DNA from: a virus
Lineage: Duplodnaviria; Caudoviricetes
Length of the DNA: 52,837 nt
Virus record (IMG/VR): IMGVR_UViG_3300002053_000024
Coordinates: 1 to 52,837 of that record
Strand: one strand, 5' to 3'
Below the pieces are notes generated by a model. It was not told the origin of the DNA and ran no database searches. It saw only the letters and a list, made by a program, of their open reading frames with translations. Each line of letters begins with the position of its first letter. Position 1 is the stretch's first letter. A program made the position numbers and the translations under genes. This document shows, piece after piece, positions 1-7,011 of the stretch.

Positions 1-66
1 AGCGTTCCTATTACAGAACCGAAAAAGGCCAAAGGACAGGTCATACCACTAAGCAAAGAAGACTAA
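1..66 (+). CDS. 3' end of upstream gene, probably terminase small subunit (partial)
   Basis: Open frame SVPITEPKKAKGQVIPLSKED* ends in TAA directly before the TerL ATG; identity inferred from position only. Confidence 0.4.
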   Translation, partial: SVPITEPKKAKGQVIPLSKED

Positions 67-1425
67 ATGGCAGAAGTACTACCCTTCAACAGAATGTATC
101 CTTTGAAATACCATGAAGTGCAGGCCGCTTTATGGGCTTCGCAGGCGCGCTTCAATGTCGTACCGGCAGGCAGGCGAAGCGGTAAGACGGAAATTGTCGG
201 AAAAAGAAAAGTAGTATATCGCGCGCTTCGGGGGACACCTTATCCCGACCCGCGCTTTTTTTGCGCCGCCCCTACGCGCGACCAAGCGAAAAGAATTTAC
301 TGGAAAGACCTAAAGCTAATGGTTCCGCGCAATCTTATCTACCGTATCAGCGAATCCATGCTTCAAATATTTTTGCTTAACGGTGCGGAAATCCACGTAC
401 TAGGGATGGATAAGCCCGAACGTATTGAAGGTGTACCGTGGGATGGGGGCGTACTGGACGAATACGCAAACATGAAGAAGCAAACGTGGACAGACCACGT
501 ACGCGCTGCGCTATCGGATCGTAACGGATGGTGCGATTTTATCGGTGTTCCCGAAGGAAGAAATCACTACTACGAATTGGACAGGGAAGCGAAAGCGCGT
601 GCTATTGCAGACATAGCCGCAGGCCGCCCCCCGGTATGGAATAGCTTTTGGTGGCCTTCAAGCGATATACTACCCTCCGAAGAAATCGAAGAAGCCAAAC
701 GCGACCTTGACGAATTAACTTTTAAACAGGAATACGAAGGCAGTTTTATCAATTTCACCGGACGCGCGTACTATGCTTTTGAAGAACGTACGCATTGCGC
801 CCGCCTTGAATATGATGCTAATAAGCCGCTTTCGTTTTGCTTCGATTTCAACGTAAGCCCCGGCGTAGCGGTAGTAGTACAGGAACAATGGTTGCCGACA
901 AGCGAAGAAGAAGAAACGTGGGGCGACGGGATCATTGGGGAAGTATGGATTCCCCGCAATAGCAATACGAAGCGCGTTTGCGATAAGCTGTATGAAGACT
1001 ACAAAGACCATGCAGGCCCGATTATTTGCTATGGCGACCAAACGGGCGGAAGCAAGGGAACGGCAAAGCTATTAGGCAGCGATTGGCAGATTATCAAAGA
1101 CATTTTTTGGAACAAGTTCGGAAGTAGAAAAGTATCCTTTAAAGTCCCCCCGTCCAACCCCCGCGAACGCGACCGCGTAAATTCAGTAAACACAAGGCTT
1201 CGCACCGTTGACGGTAATATTAACTGCATGGTCGATCCGTCCCGCGCGCCTAATATGGTACGGGATTTCGAAGGGGTAGTACTTATCGAAGGGGGAACAG
1301 GGGAAATCGACAAAGATACCGATTCAACGTTAACGCATTTAACCGACGCATACGGTTATCGGGTTTGGCGCGAATATCCTTTGAAGAAGCGATACGCACG
1401 CACCGGTAGAACGCATTGGAAATAA
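67..1425 (+). CDS. terL: Terminase large subunit
   Basis: Walker A AGRRSGKT, Walker B GGVLDEYA, coupling motif IGVPEG, RNase H-like nuclease FDFN...D...HLTDA. Confidence 0.96.
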   Translation: MAEVLPFNRMYPLKYHEVQAALWASQARFNVVPAGRRSGKTEIVGKRKVVYRALRGTPYPDPRFFCAAPTRDQAKRIYWKDLKLMVPRNLIYRISESMLQIFLLNGAEIHVLGMDKPERIEGVPWDGGVLDEYANMKKQTWTDHVRAALSDRNGWCDFIGVPEGRNHYYELDREAKARAIADIAAGRPPVWNSFWWPSSDILPSEEIEEAKRDLDELTFKQEYEGSFINFTGRAYYAFEERTHCARLEYDANKPLSFCFDFNVSPGVAVVVQEQWLPTSEEEETWGDGIIGEVWIPRNSNTKRVCDKLYEDYKDHAGPIICYGDQTGGSKGTAKLLGSDWQIIKDIFWNKFGSRKVSFKVPPSNPRERDRVNSVNTRLRTVDGNINCMVDPSRAPNMVRDFEGVVLIEGGTGEIDKDTDSTLTHLTDAYGYRVWREYPLKKRYARTGRTHWK

Positions 1426-1440
1426 GGGGGTAGTAAAATG
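1426..1440 (+). promoter_or_regulatory. Phage-wide translation initiation motif GGGGGTAGTAAAATG (representative copy)
   Basis: Same or near-same motif before starts at 1438, 3020, 4810, 6068, 6583, 12927, 19102, 28716, 33668, 44968 (+) and 48038, 49289, 50526, 52388 (-). Confidence 0.85.
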
Positions 1441-3009
1441 GCAGGCACGATTAAAGGTGGAATGGACGAAGAAAAGCTTATCGAAACCAATTCGCTTTGG
1501 GATTTGTACTATTATGAATGGGTTTTTCTTAACGCCGCCTACGAAGGTGCGCGCGCGTTAATCAAGTTGGGCGCATTGTACCGGCACGAACGCGAAAGCA
1601 CAACGAACTATCAGCGCCGCGCAAACGAAGCATACGGTTTGTCGTATTCGCGAAGCATTATCGAAATATTGAATAGCTTTTTATTCAAAAACGAATTCGA
1701 CAGGCAGTTGGCAGAAAAGCTTGCTAACGATCCGCTTTTTCTTCTGTTTATGTCCGATTGCAATTTGCAGGGAACAAGTTTCGACCAGTTTTTTATCAAC
1801 TGGCAAAAAATGAGTTCGATCCAAGGTCACGCGGGAATACTGGTAGATAAACCTTTTTCTTCCGTTGCTACCCGACAAGAAGAAATAGACAAGCGCGTAT
1901 ATCCTTATTTGGCGGGCTATGCCCCGACTAACATACTAGATTGGGAATGGGAACGCGACGAATTCAACCGTCCATATCTAAGCTATTTGAAAGTAATTGA
2001 CAATGACGGGCAGTATAGAATATGGACAACCGAATATTGGGAAGTATGGGAATTGGCGGAAACCGAAGCGACCGTAGCAATTTCCCAAGAGCAGGCAACC
2101 CAAGTATCGATTACCGGAATACCCCCGAAAAGCCAAGCTGTAGGTCGTGCGGCGAATCTTATAAATGAAGGGGAAAACCAATTAGGCGAAATCCCTTTTA
2201 TTTGGCTTTTCAATGCTAGAAGTACTATCGATCCCGAAGTTGGCGTTAGCGACATTACCGATATAGCGCGAATTGATGCTTCGATTATCCGCAACCTTTC
2301 GCAGATAGAAGAAATTATCGACTACGCGGCTTTTCCAATGATGCGTATGCCTATGAAGGAAGCAGGCGCAGTAGATAAAAAGGACGAAGTGGGCGTAGTC
2401 GCCGTTTTGGAATTTGACCCCGAAAATCCAGATAGTAAACCAGATTGGTTGGATTCATCCGTAGCCGAACCGGTGGACGCAACGCTTTCGTTGATAGCGA
2501 AAAAGATAGAAGAAATATACCGTAGCAGTAATATAGGGGGTTTGGCAGCTACGGAAATTTCTTCGCAGGCCAAAAGTGGAGTAGCATTAAAAACTGAATT
2601 CCAGATGCTTAACAGTAAATTGGTGCAGAAGGGAAAGAACGTAGCAAAAGCGGAACGTGAAGCAATTAGGCTTTGGTTGAAATGGCAGAACATGGAAGAA
2701 CTAAACAAAGATACCCAAATAGGATCACCAGATACGTACGAAATCGAAGACCTTGCGGCAGACCTTGAAAACATGATGACAGGGGGAACTATCGTTAGCG
2801 GAAGTGAAACGTTTAAAAAGGAACTTCAAAAAGCAACGGTTCGAATGTTACTGCCAAGCTTGGATACGAAAATGCTATCAAAGATTGACAAAGAAATAGA
2901 CGCGGGCAAGCTTCCGACCATATCAAGTTCGCTATCAAGGGCGCGCGACCTATCGCAGCAGGGACGCGAAGATGAAGAATTCGAAGAAGAACCCGTAGAA
3001 GAAGAATAG
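1438..3009 (+). CDS. Portal protein
   Basis: Follows TerL; 523 aa; GHAGILVD, NQLGEIPFIWLFN and KSGVALK motifs typical of SPP1-like portals; acidic C-tail. Confidence 0.9.
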   Translation: MAGTIKGGMDEEKLIETNSLWDLYYYEWVFLNAAYEGARALIKLGALYRHERESTTNYQRRANEAYGLSYSRSIIEILNSFLFKNEFDRQLAEKLANDPLFLLFMSDCNLQGTSFDQFFINWQKMSSIQGHAGILVDKPFSSVATRQEEIDKRVYPYLAGYAPTNILDWEWERDEFNRPYLSYLKVIDNDGQYRIWTTEYWEVWELAETEATVAISQEQATQVSITGIPPKSQAVGRAANLINEGENQLGEIPFIWLFNARSTIDPEVGVSDITDIARIDASIIRNLSQIEEIIDYAAFPMMRMPMKEAGAVDKKDEVGVVAVLEFDPENPDSKPDWLDSSVAEPVDATLSLIAKKIEEIYRSSNIGGLAATEISSQAKSGVALKTEFQMLNSKLVQKGKNVAKAEREAIRLWLKWQNMEELNKDTQIGSPDTYEIEDLAADLENMMTGGTIVSGSETFKKELQKATVRMLLPSLDTKMLSKIDKEIDAGKLPTISSSLSRARDLSQQGREDEEFEEEPVEEE

Positions 3010-3019
3010 GGGGTAGCAA

Positions 3020-4786
3020 ATGCCAAGGATCATACGGACAAATAAACCCGTAAAGCGTCTTAGCATCCCAAGACCGCCGAAGCAGACCTATCGTAAGCAT
3101 GGTTTATCACATGGCAGCGCGGGGCGTTGGAAGACAGCGGAAGAAATAACGTATCCTGCTTATGTATGCGTTGCCGCCGATTACTTGGTGGATGGATACG
3201 AAGACCCTAACGGCAACGGCGGTTCGTTTTTTGGATACACCGGGGGGAACCAATCATGGGGGCAATCGTTTCTTGGCAATGGTGAATATCTGAAACGTGT
3301 CGGCGTACAATTATTTAGGCGCAACGATCCCCCCGACGCGAACGTTATATGTAGTATTTTCGCCCATAGCGGAACGTTTGGCTCTACCGGCGTGCCTACG
3401 GGAAGTGCGTTGGCAACTGCTTCCATTCCTTCCGGTAGGTTGAATCAAAATGCTACTCAGGATTTCCAATGGGAATACTTTGACTTCGACGGGACGCTGC
3501 AATTAGCAGATGGAACCCCATACTTCCTTGCAATCAGCGTTGATACCCCCGGCCCGAATAGTTCTAATTCTCATGGCATAGGTTGGGATAATAGTAGTCC
3601 TGTAGCCCCCGGTAATAGTGCTTTTCAAAATGCGGCCCTTTCTTGGGCCGCTTATCCTACTTCCGATTTGATGTTTGCTATTTGGACGGACGAAGCCAAA
3701 GACGCAGCGGACGTTAAGCCGTGGAATATCTATCCAATCTTGGGCAGTTATAATAATACAGGGGCCGTAACGGTTACGGGAAGAAATTATAGACAGTTGT
3801 ACTTGCCTTCTAGCACCGGACTAGGGCAAATGTCTACTTTACTATGTTTGGCAAGAATCCGCGTACAGGTATTTAACGATAATGGCGCTGCTGTTAACGT
3901 AGATTCACTTTACTTCGGGGAATACAGCGGAGCAGGCGGCAACTTCGCAGCAACCCCAACGCAAATTACTTTCGATGGTGCTTCCGGTTTTGTACTAGAC
4001 CCCGGCGAAACCCGTTGGTCGGATTGGGTAGATGTAAGTTGGCCGGGGACAACGGAAAACGGTTGGTTGTTTGCTTTCAAGTTTAGCAATAGCCCTTTTT
4101 CTGCCGTTACCCCGCGAACGCAGCCGGTTGTTTCCGTTGGTTGGTATAAGACCGACAGCGCGGACGAAAGTAGTTTGGTTACAATAAGCGGCTATAGTGA
4201 TGATACGGGGGGTACTCAAAGCAAATTGGTTGTCGCCGTACAGGGGCAAGCCGGTACGGACGTTTTTACTACCGCTTATCTAATGTCACAACTGGCAAGC
4301 CCCGGCGGGCCGTTTTCACAATTCAACGATGTAAACGTACGGCAGATTTTCCAAGCTTCGAATTTAACCGATATAGGAATAACCCCAACCCAAGTTCGGT
4401 TTTTACTATACGGTAGAAGTTCCGGTTTAAGCGGGGTTGAAAGTATGTACGTTGGATATCCCAACTTGCCGTGGGGCGCAGGCGAAGCAAATTTCAACGC
4501 CGCACCGGTTCCAGTTATTACTAGCAGATTTTCACTTCAAGCCGACGAATACCGTTGGACAGAATGGATAGATTTCGTTGTGGACGGTACAGATGATATT
4601 ATGATAGCACTTCGGGTTATCGATGGACGTACACAATTTAGCTTTGACAGCCCATTTACACCGGGGGGCGACGGGTACATTAGAACAAAGACCGGCGCGG
4701 ACGAAAGTAGTTTGCAGAATGTAACCGGATATGCCTACCCAAGTATCGACGATTTTGTGATGGTCATACGGATGGAGTCAAGATAA
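3020..4786 (+). CDS. Beta-rich multi-domain protein, probably virion-associated, with an internal duplication
   Basis: Basic N-terminus followed by G/S/T/aromatic-rich domains; two related modules (GETRWSDWVD..KTDSADESSL..SGY vs DEYRWTEWID..KTGADESSL..TGY). Confidence 0.6.
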   Translation: MPRIIRTNKPVKRLSIPRPPKQTYRKHGLSHGSAGRWKTAEEITYPAYVCVAADYLVDGYEDPNGNGGSFFGYTGGNQSWGQSFLGNGEYLKRVGVQLFRRNDPPDANVICSIFAHSGTFGSTGVPTGSALATASIPSGRLNQNATQDFQWEYFDFDGTLQLADGTPYFLAISVDTPGPNSSNSHGIGWDNSSPVAPGNSAFQNAALSWAAYPTSDLMFAIWTDEAKDAADVKPWNIYPILGSYNNTGAVTVTGRNYRQLYLPSSTGLGQMSTLLCLARIRVQVFNDNGAAVNVDSLYFGEYSGAGGNFAATPTQITFDGASGFVLDPGETRWSDWVDVSWPGTTENGWLFAFKFSNSPFSAVTPRTQPVVSVGWYKTDSADESSLVTISGYSDDTGGTQSKLVVAVQGQAGTDVFTTAYLMSQLASPGGPFSQFNDVNVRQIFQASNLTDIGITPTQVRFLLYGRSSGLSGVESMYVGYPNLPWGAGEANFNAAPVPVITSRFSLQADEYRWTEWIDFVVDGTDDIMIALRVIDGRTQFSFDSPFTPGGDGYIRTKTGADESSLQNVTGYAYPSIDDFVMVIRMESR

Positions 4787-4809
4787 ACAAAAGCAAAGGG
4801 GGTAGTAAA

Positions 4810-5223
4810 ATGAAACGTTACAAAAACTTTTTTAATTTGTTAGCGACTTTGATTATCGTTCTTCTTTTTGGCCTGCTGCTAATTCCTATGGCGCAGGCAG
4901 ACGATAAAAGCGTTACGTTTGCATGGGATTACCCGACCGATTACGACCAGATAACCCATTGGAAGCTATATTGGGGGACGCAGGCGGGCGGGCCTTATGA
5001 AACGGGCGAAGCGCAAATCAATAAATCCATGTTAGGAAGTACTACCCAAACGGATATTGTTATTCAGTACCCGCCAAATGCGAAGACCACGTATTATTAC
5101 GTATTGGTAGCATTTAAAGACGAACTTTACAGCGCGAATAGCAACGAAGTATCGGTAGAAGGGGATTTTCGCGAAAACCCCCTAGCCCCCCTTCAACTTC
5201 GGGTAATTTTATCAGGCGGTTGA
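4810..5223 (+). CDS. Signal-peptide protein with a single fibronectin type III-like domain
   Basis: Hydrophobic leader ending AQA; VTFAWD..WKLYWGT..GPY..TTYYYVLVAF..SANSNEVS Fn3 pattern. Confidence 0.75.
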   Translation: MKRYKNFFNLLATLIIVLLFGLLLIPMAQADDKSVTFAWDYPTDYDQITHWKLYWGTQAGGPYETGEAQINKSMLGSTTQTDIVIQYPPNAKTTYYYVLVAFKDELYSANSNEVSVEGDFRENPLAPLQLRVILSGG

Positions 5224-5254
5224 TTGCTTGGTTGTTGGAGTTGTTGGGGATAAA

Positions 5255-5726
5255 ATGAATAGTAATTACCCACGATTACGAAACATACTTTACGAAATCC
5301 TAACGGCGGGCGTCGATAGCGAACCTTCCGATATTACGGCTTTGCAGAATATGGGGGTTTCGCTATCTCCTGCCGATAACCAAAGTAACCGAAGCATTAA
5401 AGCTTTTAGACATTATCGACGCGCAGGCAGAACCCGAATTAGTTTTAGAAGCAGAAATTCCGTCGTCGATACCGAATATAAGGGAATTTATCGAAGAACG
5501 GTTGGAAAGGGAAATGTCACTAACCGGTTTTCTTCGTTTTATGGAAGTACTTTATATAATGATAGCAATAGAAACCTTGGGCGAAACAGAAACCAAACGC
5601 GTTCTACGTGTCCGCGAACAACGCATAGCGGCAGCGAAGGCGCAGAAAGGGACGGTAGAAAATGTCAGTAGTCAAACGCGGGGGGCGTTATTGAGTCGTG
5701 CATGGGCATCCCAAGAAAGCGGGTAG
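5255..5726 (+). CDS. Hypothetical helical protein with an apparent +1 frameshift at G5 (5353-5357)
   Basis: The frame from ATG 5255 reads protein-like up to ALQNMG; the +1 frame then continues FRYLLPITKVTEALKLLDIIDAQAEPEL..., while the original frame becomes R/S-rich off-frame-type text. Confidence 0.55.
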
Positions 5727-5847
5727 CAAAAGGGATAAGCCGAAGGGTTCGGCGATTAAATGCTACCCCGGCAATAAGGCAGGCTTGAAGAAAGCCCGCG
5801 CTATGCACTATGCTATTAGAATGTCGCAGGCACGAAGGGGGGGATAA
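5662..5847 (+). CDS. Small basic protein with in-frame TGA (candidate selenoprotein A, 61 aa)
   Basis: GGTAGAAAATG start; MSVVKRGGRY-[TGA 5692-5694]-VVHGHPKKAGSKRDKPKGSAIKCYPGNKAGLKKARAMHYAIRMSQARRGG*; frame stays open for 50 codons after the TGA. Confidence 0.6.
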
Positions 5848-5848
5848 C

Positions 5849-5917
5849 GTGGCGAAATCATGCGGCAGTAAAAAGAAGACCAAATCGAAGAAAGGAAAGA
5901 AAAAATGGCGCAAGTAG
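5849..5917 (+). CDS. Lys-rich microprotein (22 aa)
   Basis: GGGGGGGATAAC-GTG start; MAKSCGSKKKTKSKKGKKKWRK*; fills the gap between neighbours. Confidence 0.5.
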   Translation: MAKSCGSKKKTKSKKGKKKWRK

Positions 5918-6057
5918 GAAATCCGCAGCCCAATCAAGGCTTAGCAAGTCCGGTTAACCGTTCGTTGGCAACCCAAAAGGAAACCAACGTTAAACCTACA
6001 AAATGGATCAAGCGCAAAACCGGCGTTGTTAAGCCTGCAATCCCTAAAATGAAATAG
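5905..6057 (+). CDS. Small basic protein (50 aa)
   Basis: AAAGGA RBS; MAQVGNPQPNQGLASPVNRSLATQKETNVKPTKWIKRKTGVVKPAIPKMK*; its stop runs into the next RBS motif. Confidence 0.6.
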   Translation: MAQVGNPQPNQGLASPVNRSLATQKETNVKPTKWIKRKTGVVKPAIPKMK

Positions 6058-6067
6058 GGGGTAGTAA

Positions 6068-6250
6068 ATGGCGAAGCTACGCAAGGCCAAAAGCAAGTCG
6101 CAGGCGTGCGCTATCGGTTTTTCCAAAGCGCGCAAGGCAGGCGTATCCGGTAAATCAGCAGGCGCGGCTTGAGGAAAAGAAATGAAGCTTTTCCGGTCGG
6201 GAAAAGCAAGCCCGCGCAAGCTAGTTTTACCGCGCAAACGGAAGAAGTAA
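6068..6250 (+). CDS. Small basic protein with in-frame TGA and SECIS-like hairpin (candidate selenoprotein B, 60 aa)
   Basis: GGGGGTAGTAAATG start; MAKLRKAKSKSQACAIGFSKARKAGVSGKSAGAA-[TGA 6170-6172]-GKEMKLFRSGKASPRKLVLPRKRKK*. Confidence 0.65.
6187..6207 (+). promoter_or_regulatory. Bacterial SECIS-like hairpin GCTTTTCC-GGTCG-GGAAAAGC
   Basis: Perfect 8-bp stem; apical loop begins GGUC 22 nt after the in-frame UGA (E. coli fdhF SECIS loop is A-GGUC-U). Confidence 0.6.
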
Positions 6251-6259
6251 TGCTATTTT

Positions 6260-6553
6260 ATGACAGATGCACCGACGCTATCATTCGAAGAAAAGCGAAC
6301 TATCCGAAAGCAGATAAAACGCATAGGGGTAATTCGCTTTTTAGAAGAAGTCGCCAATATGTGCTTTGGCGAAGCCGAACGATTACGCCTGCATTGGGGC
6401 GATCCGCAATTTGCTAAGGTTTGGGCGCGTCGTGCGGAACTGTTTCATAGAATAGTTAGCAGTTTGCGCGAAGAAGAATTAACCGATCCACGACCAAAAA
6501 GGGTAGTAAAATCGAAATTCCCTTTGTTGGAATACTTTCGCAAAAGTGGCTGA
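6260..6553 (+). CDS. Hypothetical protein (97 aa)
   Basis: ORF in operon orientation with host-genome-typical codon use. Confidence 0.6.
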   Translation: MTDAPTLSFEEKRTIRKQIKRIGVIRFLEEVANMCFGEAERLRLHWGDPQFAKVWARRAELFHRIVSSLREEELTDPRPKRVVKSKFPLLEYFRKSG

Positions 6554-6582
6554 AATAATCAAGCTATCCGAAGGGGGTAGTA

Positions 6583-7011
6583 ATGGGCTTTCTAATGAAG
6601 GAAGAAGGGGGCGAAAGAAAGCTAAATATCGTCAACCTTTTAATCGCCGCTATAGTCGGCGTAGGCGTGCTATTAGGTGCGGGTTGGGGCGCACGCGAAT
6701 ACATGGACACGTACTGTACCGATAGCGAATTGCACGCGGCAGAAGTAAAGCTATCCGATAAAGACGCGGAATTGAAGAATTCCATTGCGGGGCTTTCCCG
6801 GCAGATAAACCAACAAAGTATTTTGATGCGTATTCGCGAATTGGAATCGCGCTTGGCGGACGCGGAAAAAACTTGCCCGCCCGATCCGCTTCATAATAGC
6901 AATTGCCCGCGCAGAATCAAATCCGACTATGAAGACGATTTGCGCGAATTAAATAAGCTACGTGACTTTATGCGGAAACTGGAAGAAAAGAACTTATTGG
7001 AAGCGCAATAA
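6583..7011 (+). CDS. Single-TM, coiled-coil membrane protein
   Basis: RBS motif; hydrophobic IVNLLIAAIVGVGVLLGAGWGA followed by a coiled coil with a Cys pair. Confidence 0.65.
   Translation: MGFLMKEEGGERKLNIVNLLIAAIVGVGVLLGAGWGAREYMDTYCTDSELHAAEVKLSDKDAELKNSIAGLSRQINQQSILMRIRELESRLADAEKTCPPDPLHNSNCPRRIKSDYEDDLRELNKLRDFMRKLEEKNLLEAQ

Noticed and set aside
5221-5253. Readthrough of the Fn3 gene's TGA would add U-LLGCWSCWG
   Set aside because: The downstream sequence is G/T-rich with no credible hairpin, the Fn3 domain is already complete, and the segment doubles as the next gene's RBS region
5228-5671. 147-aa ORF as given in the track
   Set aside because: Its distal two-thirds is R/S/N-rich off-frame text; the +1 frame fits the genome's codon use better
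6169-6417. 82-aa ORF from the track (TTG start)
   Set aside because: No RBS; overlaps two better-supported genes out of frame
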